64,000 nucleotides of DNA from Patescibacteria group bacterium. GTDB lineage: Bacteria > Patescibacteriota > Minisyncoccia > Phycocordibacterales > Phycocordibacteraceae. Location of the stretch: positions 18,897 through 82,896 of the forward strand of contig JACDGK010000003.1 of NCBI GenBank assembly GCA_013815345.1, read 5' to 3'. Below, piece by piece: positions 37,732-47,438 of this stretch; position 1 is the stretch's first letter, and every line of letters begins with the position of its first letter. Below the pieces are notes generated by a model. The model saw nothing but the letters and a program-made list of their open reading frames with translations. It was not told the DNA's origin and did not search any database. A program made the position numbers and the translations under genes.

Positions 37732-40017
37732 TTAAAACGTATGCTCTGGAGGAGTTTCTACGGCGGTTGCGGCTCCTGAAGGGCGCGAAAGTATGTCGCG
37801 CGGTCGCGCACCGTCTGCAGGACCGATAACCCCCTTTTCTTCGAGGAGGTCCATAAGACGAGCGGCGCGCGAATAGCCGATGCGAAGTTTGCGTTGCAGG
37901 TAGGAGGTAGAGGCACGGCCTGCTTCCTCTACCGCTTCTCTCGCCTGGCTGTAGAGATCGTCATCAATATCATCGTCTTCCCCGGCGAGCGTGATAGCGT
38001 CATTTGCCTCATGGACGCCGGTCCCGCTTGTCCCCGGACCTAAATCAACAGAAACAAGCGTACCCGCATTATGCTGCTTGATGTACTGCACGACCTTTTT
38101 CACCTCTGCTTCTGCAATGTAAGCAGTCTGGATACGTACAGGCTTTTGCATATCTGAGGAGAGGTACAGCATGTCGCCTGCGCCTAAAAGGGACTCAGCG
38201 CCGCCGCCGTCCAGAATAGTGCGAGAATCGATCTGAGAAGCAACCTGGAGGGCCATACGGGTCGGCACGTTCGCCTTTATAAGGCCCGTAATGACATTTA
38301 CGGAAGGTCGTTGTGTCGATAACACTAAGTGAATGCCCACCGCACGTGACATCTGTGCCAGACGGACAATTGCCGCCTCAAGCTCACGGGGATAGGTTTG
38401 CATGATGTCCGCGAGCTCGTCGATGACAATAACTATATACGGAAGCGCTTCCGGAAGGGGAGTGCGACCCTTTTTCTTTGCGGGCTCGACTATAGTGCGA
38501 TGGTACGAATCGATATCACGCACTGCTTCACCTTCGAGAATGTTATAGCGACGATCCATTTCTTTTGCGGCCCATTTGAGGGAGAGAATTGCTTTTCGTG
38601 GATCAGTAATAACAGGCGTGAGAAGGTGGGGGATACCATTATATAGTGTGAGCTCAACGCGTTTTGGATCAACCATAATAAAACGAAGTTGGTTCGGACT
38701 ATTCCGGTACAGAAGAGAAGTAATAACGGCGTGAATCGCTACCGATTTTCCTGAACCCGTCGCCCCTGCAATAAGCGCGTGAGGCATCTTGGAAACATTC
38801 ACGTAGTGAGGCGTTCCAGAAATATCCCGACCAAGAGCTGCGAGGATGGGTTTCGTGCTGCTGCTCCATTCTGGTGCCGACATAATTCCGCCAAGACCCA
38901 CCATTGCTTTCGATGCGTTCGGAACTTCGATGCCCACGAGTGATTTTCCAGGAATCGGTGCCTCAATACGCACAGGGTGAGCAGCAAGTGCGAGCTCCAG
39001 ATTATTCTGAAGGGAAATAATTTTGGAAAGCCGAACGCCTTCGGCTGGCTTGATCGCGTAGCGGGTTACGGTGGGACCAACCGAGACCTCGTCCATCTCG
39101 ACTGATATGCCAAAATTCTGAAACGTTCGTTTTATAATATTCGCATTAGCCTTTATATCTCCCACGCCTGGCTTGCCTTTGTCCTCACCCAAGATTGAAA
39201 GGGGAGGGGGGTTGTACTCTGCATCAAAATTAGGAATACCAGAGGCAGCTATTCCCGCTGCAGCTAGATTAGCAATGGGAGTTTCATTAAATATTGTCAC
39301 CGTGGGCTCATGCTCCGGTGTGGGGCCTTTCTCTACTGGATCTACAACTATGTCTGCAGACTCATCCATATCTGGAAGAGGCTCACCTTTTTTATTGAGA
39401 GTGATCGTAGGTATGCGCACTGAGGCAAGTGACTCGGCACCTTGCTTGGTGCTTTTTTGTAATACTTCAAAAAGGCCGACAATGTCGGTAGCAAGTGCAA
39501 GGCCTATTAAGGAAAGCGCGATGAGGAGCACGACTGCTCCCACAAATCCGAAGAGGAGCGCAAGATGACCGCCTAGTAAGACTCCGAGAGCACCGCCCAG
39601 AAACGACGAGACTGTTCCGAGAAAAGAGAGCACAGCAGCAAGTATAAAGAAAAGTCCTACTCCCGTGCGAGGAGACACGAGTGTGCGTTTAAGCAGAATA
39701 GCGACACCGCAGCTAATTATAAGAAGGGGGAGAAGCAGAGCTTCAATACCAAAAAGACCCAGGGTGAAGTCAAAAGCGCCGCCGCCCGCGCTTCCGGCAA
39801 AGGCTGCTGGATTTGGTATGCCGGAGGTGTCGCGTTCAAACGCGTACCCGGCGGCTCCTAAGGTGAGAATAAGTCCGAGCGCGATGAGCACGAGAGACAC
39901 TGTCCAGCGTATCGCCACCGCGGGAGAAGTTTTCGCACGGCGCTTCTTCTTGCTTGCCATATTTGCGTATTTTATCACTTCTTTGGTCGATTCGTCGTAC
40001 GCTCTCGTTCTTTGCAA
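37732..40017 (-). CDS. ftsK: DNA translocase FtsK/SpoIIIE with a C-terminal gamma domain
   Basis: Has N-terminal TM helices, Walker A (GATGSGKS), LIVIDELADIM, and a gamma winged-helix (..YLQRKLRIGYSRAARLMDLLEEKGVIG). Confidence 0.9.
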   Translation of the reverse strand: MQRTRAYDESTKEVIKYANMASKKKRRAKTSPAVAIRWTVSLVLIALGLILTLGAAGYAFERDTSGIPNPAAFAGSAGGGAFDFTLGLFGIEALLLPLLIISCGVAILLKRTLVSPRTGVGLFFILAAVLSFLGTVSSFLGGALGVLLGGHLALLFGFVGAVVLLIALSLIGLALATDIVGLFEVLQKSTKQGAESLASVRIPTITLNKKGEPLPDMDESADIVVDPVEKGPTPEHEPTVTIFNETPIANLAAAGIAASGIPNFDAEYNPPPLSILGEDKGKPGVGDIKANANIIKRTFQNFGISVEMDEVSVGPTVTRYAIKPAEGVRLSKIISLQNNLELALAAHPVRIEAPIPGKSLVGIEVPNASKAMVGLGGIMSAPEWSSSTKPILAALGRDISGTPHYVNVSKMPHALIAGATGSGKSVAIHAVITSLLYRNSPNQLRFIMVDPKRVELTLYNGIPHLLTPVITDPRKAILSLKWAAKEMDRRYNILEGEAVRDIDSYHRTIVEPAKKKGRTPLPEALPYIVIVIDELADIMQTYPRELEAAIVRLAQMSRAVGIHLVLSTQRPSVNVITGLIKANVPTRMALQVASQIDSRTILDGGGAESLLGAGDMLYLSSDMQKPVRIQTAYIAEAEVKKVVQYIKQHNAGTLVSVDLGPGTSGTGVHEANDAITLAGEDDDIDDDLYSQAREAVEEAGRASTSYLQRKLRIGYSRAARLMDLLEEKGVIGPADGARPRDILSRPSGAATAVETPPEHTF

Positions 40018-40109
40018 TTACACAGCAGAAATCGACAAATCGCGCTTTGCAAAGATTCTAAAGCGCGTATACTTGTCCTTGATAGTCTTATTCAAAATTA
40101 AGGACTTGC

Positions 40110-40904
40110 ATGGCTGAAAAAGGACAAAACAAAAATAGTATTTCATCGCGAGCTCAAGAAAATGCGAGTAACCTTTCTGATTTTGTCTTAGACAAAGTCA
40201 TATTTTCCAACGTATTCGATAAAGACATTCGAAGGATATATATCTATCGAAAGAGTGAGCGACTTGCCAAGGCAATCCAGCTCATCACTCCGGCATTCGG
40301 CTCTGCTCCTGCACTCCGCGATCGTCTCGACAGTATTGCCGTCGGCCTTATTGATGCAGCCATACTACCTCCTTCGCAAGCGCGCACCGGTCTTTCTCAT
40401 GAACTCCTCGCGCTCTCAAGCTTTCTTTCCGTTGCTCGCACAGGAGGACTTCTCTCAGCTATGAATGCTGATCTTATCGCGCGAGAAGCGCATCATTTGC
40501 TTCAGGAAATTGCGAGCTATGAAGAGCCTCGTTTATTCCTCGATGAAGTTCCCTCACTTGCTGAGCTTGCCAAACGAGCGCCAGACGTGCGCGAGTCACC
40601 AGAGCCACGTCCCCTGCGCAGTGCGCGAAGTTTCACCGACGCCTTATTTCAGAGTGCGCCACCTAAAGGACAAGGTAAAAGACATACTTCTATATTCTCG
40701 ATTTCTGAAGGACATACTGAAAGGCAAGAAGCCATCATTGCAATACTTCAAAATAAAGGCCCGTCATATATAAAGGATATTTCTACGGTTATTAGAGAGG
40801 TGAGTGAAAAGACTATACAACGAGAACTCCAGAGTCTCGTCACAAAAGGGGTGGTGGAACGTGAAGGAGAGCGACGCTGGACGCGATATTCTTTTGTAGG
40901 ATAA
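40110..40904 (+). CDS. Hypothetical protein with a C-terminal winged-helix domain
   Basis: The C-terminus IIAILQNKGPSYIKDISTVIREVSEKTIQRELQSLVTKGVVEREGERRWTRY resembles a wHTH. Confidence 0.35.
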   Translation: MAEKGQNKNSISSRAQENASNLSDFVLDKVIFSNVFDKDIRRIYIYRKSERLAKAIQLITPAFGSAPALRDRLDSIAVGLIDAAILPPSQARTGLSHELLALSSFLSVARTGGLLSAMNADLIAREAHHLLQEIASYEEPRLFLDEVPSLAELAKRAPDVRESPEPRPLRSARSFTDALFQSAPPKGQGKRHTSIFSISEGHTERQEAIIAILQNKGPSYIKDISTVIREVSEKTIQRELQSLVTKGVVEREGERRWTRYSFVG

Positions 40905-41002
40905 GTGACCGAAAACCGATATCGCCTTTGAAACGTTGACTTTAAGGCATTTTGAGCATACGCTACGTTAGCGATAATGCTGCGAAGACACAAAGAATCG
41001 GT

Positions 41003-41040
41003 GACGGGTTACTCATGTGAGTAACCCGTCACCGATTCTC
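41003..41040. repeat. Perfect 17-bp palindromic hairpin, possibly a terminator
   Basis: GAATCGGTGACGGGTTACTCA-tg-TGAGTAACCCGTCACCGATTC. Confidence 0.5.
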
Positions 41041-41494
41041 ATACGGTCGCGTAAATGTTATCCACATTCGTTATACACCGTATTGAAGCACCTTGTCGGT
41101 ATACTAAGTCTTGTACCGTACGAGAGGCGTACTCTTGTAACGGGTTCATTGAAATATGAATAGTGCTTCATTAACGCCTCATGGTCATCGATGTAATAAA
41201 TCGCTGACCGGCTCGTCCTTATATACGGATAGGCGAGCCAGACCGTCACGAATGAATGATCAGTCTATGGATGTATTTCAGAACACCACACCACCTTTGC
41301 CAGCTAGCCGATGGGATGCGGGTCGATACTGCACCCCGTCGGGTAGTGTGAAAAGTTTTTCGTTCTCAAGCAAAAAATCGAGCGCGTTTCCTTCAAAAGA
41401 AAACGCTCGACACAATTACTAAGATTCAGAGGGGAGTGAGAGACACCCATTATTATTTGTCGCTCATTCTTCACTAATTAATTAACAACGCAAT

Positions 41495-43564
41495 TTGTTT
41501 ATGCAAAAAGTAAACTCAAATTCGATTGCAAAGCTCGCAGCTATCACTGCAAGCTTCGCTCTCGTTGCAGCGTCGTTGGCTATCGCTCCTGCAGCTCACG
41601 CTCAGTCGACGTCCACGACTACGACCACGACAACAACGTCAGGTAGCGCAGCGTCAGCAGCATCTCTTCAGGCTCAGATCGCCTCACTTCAAGCACAGCT
41701 TGCAGCGTCGCAGGGCACGATGATGATGCACATGACGTTTACCCGCAGCCTTACGATCGGTTCAACCGGTGCTGACGTAACCGCACTTCAGTCTTTGCTT
41801 ATCAGCAAGGGATTTTCAATTCCTGCTGGAGCAACTGGCTACTTCGGTGTTCAGACCCGCGCAGCAGTTGCTGCTTATCAGTCAGCTCATGGTATCTCAC
41901 CAGCAGTTGGTTACTTCGGCCCTATCACTAGGGCTAGCGTAAACAGCCTGGACGTAACCCCTCCAGTGGTAGTAACACCTCCTGGCGTCGGTTGTCTTCC
42001 CGGTGCAGCCTTCAGCTCAACGACTGGTTTGCCTTGCGGTACTACAACGACAATTCCTCCGGGAAGTGTCCACCTTAATGGCGGCGAAGGTACCATCAAC
42101 AACTTCCAAACTATTGGAGCTAGTAATGTTACCCTTGGAACCGGTGCTGACCAGCAGATCTACGGATTCTCATTCATGGCTGGTGGTTCAGACCTTCTTG
42201 TCAATCGCATCTACTACGATGTAGCTAACACGGTCCTTACTGGTACGACTCGTCCTTGGAACATTTTCGGGGCAGCTACTCTTAAGGATGCTAGCGGTGC
42301 TGTAGTAGCTACGGTAGACGGAACAAACCCAGCTAACTGGAGCCAAGACGGAACCCTATCTAACGGCAATCAGGTTTACCGCCTCGCTTTCGAGAACGTA
42401 AATACTGTTGTAAGGATGGGAACAACGCAGACCTATTACTTGAGCCTTGCTACTCAGGGCGCATTCGCTACGGGTAACTCAGGAGGTATCTACAGTGTAG
42501 GTCTCGCTCCTCAGGGTCTTCGTGCTACGGATGCAATGGGCATCCAGCAGTACACTTCGACCGCTGGTCAGGTTTCTCTCGTCACGGTGAACAACAGCTC
42601 AACAGGCAGTGTTACCCTCTCAGTTGGTTCCGATCTTCCTCAGACCACAACGCTGATGGCTAATCAGAACAACACGACTCAGAACGTAGTACTTAACACT
42701 TTCACTCTCAACAACACGGGAAGTGCAAGTCTTCAGCTCTACACGTTGCCGGTAACCCTTCTTACTGCGGCTACTTCTTCGGGTAACACCATTGCTAGTT
42801 CAAGCAATCTCTCAGGTAATCTTGTGCAGAGCCTCAGTCTCTATCAGGGGAGCACACTTCTCGACACCGAGAGTCCTTCATCGACCTTCACTAGTGGAGG
42901 CACGATCATCTTCAAGAACATTGCGAATGTGACGATTCCTTCAGGAACATCGCAGAGCTTTAAAGTTGTTGCGAACATTCAGCCAGTAGGTGGAACAAAT
43001 CCTGCTCCAGCCGGTGCTGCGGTGCAGGTGAATGTTCCTGGAACGGGTACCGACCTTGAAACCTCAAATGGTGCAATAATCACTCCAAACGGTACTTCAA
43101 CGGGTTACCCAATCTCATTCGCTATCAATGGCATTAGCATTGCGAGCGCGCCAACCAGCGCGACAGCAACTGCAGCGCTTGCTTCTGGTGGTGGTGGAAC
43201 GGCTCAGACAGGTACCTTCACGTTTATCTTTAATGTGACGGCATTCGGTCAGAGTGTCTACGTTGGATCAACCACGTCTTCATTCGTGATGAACCTCGTC
43301 GACACGACGACTGGTTCTTCGACTGCAGTAACTAACGCGGCTCTTACTTCTTCGGCTAATCGAAGCCCAGGCGGTAACTTCCTCGTTAACAGTGGACAGA
43401 CCGTGACCTTCACGGTTACAGCTCAGAAGACATCTGGCTCAGGTCACTTCTTCTACGCTACGCTTAACAGTTTGAGCTACGGTACGTCTGATTCGACAAC
43501 CGGATCGACAACTGTTGCATTGCCAAGCTCGTACACAACGAACGCTGTCGCCATCGCAAGCTAA
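41495..43564 (+). CDS. Large secreted surface protein with a signal peptide, Thr-rich linker, coiled-coil, peptidoglycan-binding domain and long beta-rich region
   Basis: Has a signal peptide plus TTTTTTTTS. The coiled-coil is ASLQAQIASLQAQLAAS. The PG_binding_1-like segment is ..GSTGADVTALQSLLISKGF..GYFGVQTRAAVAAYQSAHG... Length is 689 aa. Confidence 0.5.
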   Translation: MFMQKVNSNSIAKLAAITASFALVAASLAIAPAAHAQSTSTTTTTTTTSGSAASAASLQAQIASLQAQLAASQGTMMMHMTFTRSLTIGSTGADVTALQSLLISKGFSIPAGATGYFGVQTRAAVAAYQSAHGISPAVGYFGPITRASVNSLDVTPPVVVTPPGVGCLPGAAFSSTTGLPCGTTTTIPPGSVHLNGGEGTINNFQTIGASNVTLGTGADQQIYGFSFMAGGSDLLVNRIYYDVANTVLTGTTRPWNIFGAATLKDASGAVVATVDGTNPANWSQDGTLSNGNQVYRLAFENVNTVVRMGTTQTYYLSLATQGAFATGNSGGIYSVGLAPQGLRATDAMGIQQYTSTAGQVSLVTVNNSSTGSVTLSVGSDLPQTTTLMANQNNTTQNVVLNTFTLNNTGSASLQLYTLPVTLLTAATSSGNTIASSSNLSGNLVQSLSLYQGSTLLDTESPSSTFTSGGTIIFKNIANVTIPSGTSQSFKVVANIQPVGGTNPAPAGAAVQVNVPGTGTDLETSNGAIITPNGTSTGYPISFAINGISIASAPTSATATAALASGGGGTAQTGTFTFIFNVTAFGQSVYVGSTTSSFVMNLVDTTTGSSTAVTNAALTSSANRSPGGNFLVNSGQTVTFTVTAQKTSGSGHFFYATLNSLSYGTSDSTTGSTTVALPSSYTTNAVAIAS

Positions 43565-43635
43565 TAGCTAAGGCTATTAGCTGAAGAAAGTTACAGTCAA
43601 AATTGTGTAGTAGCTCGTAATGAGCAAAACAAAAA

Positions 43636-43668
43636 CCACCCCTTTGGGGTGGTTTTTGTTTTTATCTA
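43636..43668 (+). terminator. Rho-independent terminator after the surface-protein gene
   Basis: AAAAACCACCCC-tttg-GGGGTGGTTTTTGTTTTT. Confidence 0.6.
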
Positions 43669-43871
43669 CCCGATCTCGAATTGAGTGCGTGGTATTCTAG
43701 GGTACAACTGCCCGTATGATTTATTTCGTCGAATTCCTTAAATTTCTCGCAGGCTTCATCCTTATATTAGGAATCGCTCTCCTCGTGCTCCACTATTTCC
43801 TCGCCAGCTCGGTATAGTCTTTAAGAAAGCCGCAAGTAGATTTCTGAATTCAGACGGTGTATTATAGCAAC

Positions 43872-44120
43872 ATGTCAACCCATTTTGATTTTAAGATTGA
43901 GTATGAAGTAGATGCTGAAAACTCAGAAGTGACCGCTACTATCCCCGAACTCAATCACGTCTCCTCTTTCGGAAATTCCTTTGCTGAAGCTGAAGCCAAT
44001 GTTCGGGAGGCAGCACTCGGATATTTAGAAGTGCTCCTTAAAGAGCAGAAAGAAATTCCAAAGCCAGCATTTCATACCGATGGTACTTATCTCAGACTTT
44101 TCATACCTCAAACAACGTAA
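43872..44120 (+). CDS. hicB: HicB-family antitoxin (short form)
   Basis: MSTHFDFKIEYEVDAENSEVTATIPELNHVSSFGNSFAEAEANVREAALGYLE matches the HicB/UPF0150 N-domain. It is followed 6 nt later by HicA. Confidence 0.55.
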   Translation: MSTHFDFKIEYEVDAENSEVTATIPELNHVSSFGNSFAEAEANVREAALGYLEVLLKEQKEIPKPAFHTDGTYLRLFIPQTT

Positions 44121-44126
44121 CATGCC

Positions 44127-44354
44127 ATGGGGCAACTAAGTCGACTTTCGTCTCGAAAACTCATTCAGAAATTGAAGAAGATTGGATTTATTGAAGCGCA
44201 TCAACGAGGTAGTCACCTTTATATGAAAAGTGCTGATGGAACAAAGATCGTAACAATTCCTGTTCACGGATCTAAAGATATTCCTGTTGGCACTCTTTAT
44301 AACATTGTAGTGAGACAAGCTGGTTTGTCAGTAGATGAATTCAATACTATCTAG
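44127..44354 (+). CDS. hicA: HicA-family mRNA interferase toxin
   Basis: 75 aa. QRGSHLYMKSADGTKIVTIPVHGSKDIPVGTLYNIVVRQAGL matches the HicA/YcfA signature. Confidence 0.6.
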   Translation: MGQLSRLSSRKLIQKLKKIGFIEAHQRGSHLYMKSADGTKIVTIPVHGSKDIPVGTLYNIVVRQAGLSVDEFNTI

Positions 44355-44399
44355 TCATTACAGTTACAAAGCTTTAAAACTTGTGAATTGTATACGAAT

Positions 44400-44612
44400 G
44401 AGGTAAAGTGCCTAAGTACGGACCGAAGACAGCTGGCAGTTCCTGACCATACTTCTCTTGGGAAGTGAGAAAGGAACAGAAGACCCGCCGAGGGAGGATC
44501 CCGTTTATGTGAGCGTGGTGCACTAAGCATGACGCTCGCATAACGGAGGTCGAATGTCTCCACGGTCTCGCTCACGCGAGACTTTGTCTGTTTCGTACTG
44601 AACACAAAAACT
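44400..44612 (+). promoter_or_regulatory. Putative structured 5' leader of the rplJ-rplL operon (L10-leader-like)
   Basis: A ~210 nt untranslated GC-balanced region lies upstream of rplJ. It contains the hairpin TCTCGCTCACGCGAGA. It is called by position and analogy only. Confidence 0.3.
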
Positions 44613-45107
44613 ATGGCAATTACAAAAGCAAAGAAAGGAGAAGTTGTCGCAAAGATCGCTGATGCGATCAAAGACGCGACTTCGGTCGTGTTTGTGCACT
44701 TCAAAGGATTCTCTGTTGAAGACACAAGCGTCATGCGCCGTGCCCTCAGAAATGACGGTGTTGGCTATATGGTGGCAAAAAAGACACTTATACGTCACGC
44801 GCTTGCTGGCAAGGGATACACTGGCGAACTTCCAGAACTTCCAGGCGAAATTGCACTTGCGTGGAATGCTGGTGATCCGACACTTGCTGCACGTGATATC
44901 TACGAACACGGCAAGAAATACAAAGACGCTCTCTCTATCGTGGGAGGAATCTTTGAAGGGGTATACCAGGATGCGGGCGCGATGAATTCAATCGCAACTA
45001 TTCCACCGGTACCCGTACTTCGCGGTATGTTCGTGAACGTAATCAACTCACCGATACAGGGAATTGTCGTCGCACTCGACAAGATTCGAGAGTTGAAAGC
45101 AGCATAG
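44613..45107 (+). CDS. rplJ: Ribosomal protein L10
   Basis: 164 aa. ..VVFVHFKGFSVEDTSVMRRALR..GYMVAKKTL. Confidence 0.85.
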   Translation: MAITKAKKGEVVAKIADAIKDATSVVFVHFKGFSVEDTSVMRRALRNDGVGYMVAKKTLIRHALAGKGYTGELPELPGEIALAWNAGDPTLAARDIYEHGKKYKDALSIVGGIFEGVYQDAGAMNSIATIPPVPVLRGMFVNVINSPIQGIVVALDKIRELKAA

Positions 45108-45151
45108 GCAAAACTTTAATAAAAGACAGTACAAACGTTTAAGAAATATAT

Positions 45152-45664
45152 ATGGCAGATGAAACAAACCAGGAAGCTCCAACCGAAGAAGTTGCAGAAA
45201 CTGCAGCTCCTGAGGTAGAAGCAGCTCCCGAAGAAAAAGCTCCGGCGAAAGCTGAAAAAGCAGCGCCTGCTGAGTCAGAAGAAAAAGAAGTTGAGGTTCC
45301 TGCAAAGTTCAAGAAGCTCGTAACGGAAATCGAAAGCATGACCGTTATCGAACTTTCTGAGCTCGTAAAGGTGCTCGAGAAGAAGTTCGGCGTTTCGGCA
45401 GCAGCAGTCGCTGTTGCAGGTCCTGCGGCTGGCGCTCCGGCTGAAGAAGGAAAGAGCACGATGAATGTCGAGCTCACGGACGCAGGTGCGAACAAAATCT
45501 CGGTTATCAAGGCAGTGAAAGAAGCCCTCGCACTTGGTCTTAAGGAAGCAAAGGATCTCGTTGATGGCGTTCCTTCTGTGCTCAAGGAGAATGCAAACAA
45601 GGATGATGCTGAAGCTCTCAAGAAAAAGATTGAGGACGCCGGTGGCAAGGTCACCTTCAAATAA
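45152..45664 (+). CDS. rplL: Ribosomal protein L7/L12 with a ~45 aa acidic N-terminal extension
   Basis: The C-terminal domain ..[56 protein letters not shown] is canonical. An E/A/P-rich segment precedes the usual N-terminal helix. Confidence 0.9.
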   Translation: MADETNQEAPTEEVAETAAPEVEAAPEEKAPAKAEKAAPAESEEKEVEVPAKFKKLVTEIESMTVIELSELVKVLEKKFGVSAAAVAVAGPAAGAPAEEGKSTMNVELTDAGANKISVIKAVKEALALGLKEAKDLVDGVPSVLKENANKDDAEALKKKIEDAGGKVTFK

Positions 45665-45682
45665 AGTAGAGACGCAACAAAA

Positions 45683-45737
45683 AGGCCCCCAATTTTGCAG
45701 CGAAACCACTTAGACTGCAAAATTGGGGGCCTTTTTG
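45683..45737 (+). terminator. Strong rho-independent terminator after rplL
   Basis: AAAAAGGCCCCCAATTTTGCAG-cgaaaccacttagac-TGCAAAATTGGGGGCCTTTTT. Confidence 0.65.
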
Positions 45738-45767
45738 TTGCCCTTGCGTAGGGCTTCTTTATGGGCG

Positions 45768-46373
45768 AAAATGACTCTATTCATGGATCCGATCGCTCGC
45801 CTTTTCAACTCTCCTGCGCGTCTCAAACTTCTGCGCCTTTTCCTCTTTAATGACGACATAGGGCTCACCGTGCCGGACATTGCTTTTCGTACTAACGTAG
45901 TTGCTACGACGGTTCGCAAAGAATTAAAAGTACTTATTGCTGCAGGAATCGTTCGCAAACGTTCGGAAAAAGGAAAGGTTGGATTTGTCGCTAACAAACG
46001 TTTTGCACACTATGACGCGCTGCAACTTTTTCTCCGTACCACTACTCGTGTTGATGATGCGGTCATTCTGACCACGTTGAAAAAAGCAGGAACACTCCGA
46101 CTCGTCGCACTTTCGGGTCTCTTTACTGGCGCCGTTGAGACGAAAGCAGATCTTTTGATAGTAGGAGACAAACTTGAAGACAAGCACTTAGAAAAACTTG
46201 TGCATACGCTCGAAGCAGAGCTGGGTCGCGAGTTACGGTTTGCTGCTTTTTCAACTGAGGATTTTCGTTATCGAGTCGGCGTCTATGACCGTCTCCTGCG
46301 TGATATTTTTGATTACCCCCACCGCACGTTACTCGATAAAATCGGCATTTCGGGGAATCTTTCGCCGAAATAG
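45768..46373 (+). CDS. Hypothetical protein with an N-terminal winged-helix (ArsR/MarR-like) domain
   Basis: ARLKLLRLFLFNDDIGLTVPDIAFRTNVVATTVRKELKVLIAAGIVRK. The start was moved to 45768 because 45723 lies inside the rplL terminator. Confidence 0.35.
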   Translation, partial: KMTLFMDPIARLFNSPARLKLLRLFLFNDDIGLTVPDIAFRTNVVATTVRKELKVLIAAGIVRKRSEKGKVGFVANKRFAHYDALQLFLRTTTRVDDAVILTTLKKAGTLRLVALSGLFTGAVETKADLLIVGDKLEDKHLEKLVHTLEAELGRELRFAAFSTEDFRYRVGVYDRLLRDIFDYPHRTLLDKIGISGNLSPK

Positions 46374-46540
46374 CAGCGGAATAATAAAAGGGCAAAAGGC
46401 ACATTCGCTGTCCACATGCCGTGTCCCGAAGTTGTCGGGTCTTGCTACACTTTCAGGTAAGCGGGTCCCTCAGTGGGGCAGTAGCATTACTCAGTGATTA
46501 TCCTTCTAAATCCTTTCGGTACGCTAACATTCTAAACTCT

Positions 46541-47218
46541 ATGATTCTCACCACGTGGGCAGATGTACTCAACCAATCGTTTCAGAGCCTTCTCTACGGT
46601 CTCGTGCTGTTTATCCCCAATCTCGTCGTCGCGATTATCATCTTCATTATCGGTTGGCTTGTCGGCGCAGGTCTCGGACGCGTCGTGGCACAAGTTGTGA
46701 AAGCAATTCGTGTCGATGAAGCGCTTCGCGCTGCAGGTGTCGACCGTGTTGTCGATCGTGCGGGCTTCAAGCTCGATGCCGGAGCCTTCCTGGGCTTCCT
46801 GGTCAAATGGTTTTTCATCATCGTATTTCTTCTTGCTGCGCTCGATGTGCTCGGCCTCGGAGATGTTACGATCTTCCTTCGTTCCGTTGTGCTTACCTAC
46901 CTGCCGCATGTGATCGTGGCAGTGCTCATCCTTCTTGTCGCGGCGGTTATCGCTGAAGCTGCTCAGCGTGTTGTTGCTGGGTCAGCGGCCGCAGCAAATC
47001 TCAAAGCCGCGAACTTTCTTGGTTCGATCGCGCGTTGGGCAATCTGGGTATTCGCTATCCTTGCCGCGCTCGACCAGCTTGGCGTTACGCCTTTCATCCA
47101 GACACTCTTCACGGGTGTTGTGGTAGCGCTCTCGCTTGCGTTCGGTCTTGCCTTTGGTCTCGGTGGTCAACAAGCTGCATCTTCCTACATCAAGAAAATG
47201 CAGGAGGAAATGAATTAG
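46541..47218 (+). CDS. Conserved-TM-helix repeat membrane protein (mechanosensitive-channel related)
   Basis: Has two internal repeats of a TM helix followed by an amphipathic segment: ..VVKAIRVDEALRAAGVDRVVDRAGFKL.. and ..LKAANFLGSIARWAIWVFAILAALDQLGV... Confidence 0.4.
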   Translation: MILTTWADVLNQSFQSLLYGLVLFIPNLVVAIIIFIIGWLVGAGLGRVVAQVVKAIRVDEALRAAGVDRVVDRAGFKLDAGAFLGFLVKWFFIIVFLLAALDVLGLGDVTIFLRSVVLTYLPHVIVAVLILLVAAVIAEAAQRVVAGSAAAANLKAANFLGSIARWAIWVFAILAALDQLGVTPFIQTLFTGVVVALSLAFGLAFGLGGQQAASSYIKKMQEEMN

Positions 47219-47231
47219 CGGGGCGCTCCTC

Positions 47232-47285
47232 GAAAAGAGGAAATGAAAAAACCACAGCGAAAGCACTTAGGCTGTGGTTTTTTCA
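47232..47285. terminator. Long hairpin (27-bp stem) with the loop motif GAAAGCACTTAG
   Basis: GAAAAGAGGAAATGAAAAAACCACAGC-gaaagcacttag-GCTGTGGTTTTTTCATTTCCTCTTTTC. Confidence 0.55.
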
Positions 47286-47409
47286 TTTCCTCTTTTCAAC
47301 TCGCTGATCGTCTTAAAGAACAAAAGCCCCTCCATTTCTGCAGCCTAAGTGCTTTCGCTCCAAAAACTAAAGGGGTTTTGTGTACCCACCCTAAAGAGCG
47401 AAGTTTTAT

Positions 47410-47438
47410 TTGACAGTGTACCGCCACCCGTCTATACT
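47410..47438 (+). promoter_or_regulatory. Putative sigma-70 promoter for the 23S-5S rRNA transcript
   Basis: TTGACA-N17-TATACT. A small hairpin plus U-tract (GCCCCGCAAGGGGTGTTTTT) lies ~90 nt downstream in the leader. Confidence 0.4.

Noticed and set aside
41058-41422. Small ORFs 41058-41249 (-) and 41156-41422 (+) in the spacer before the surface-protein gene
   Set aside because: They overlap each other, show no motifs and have odd composition. They are probably non-coding leader or spacer.
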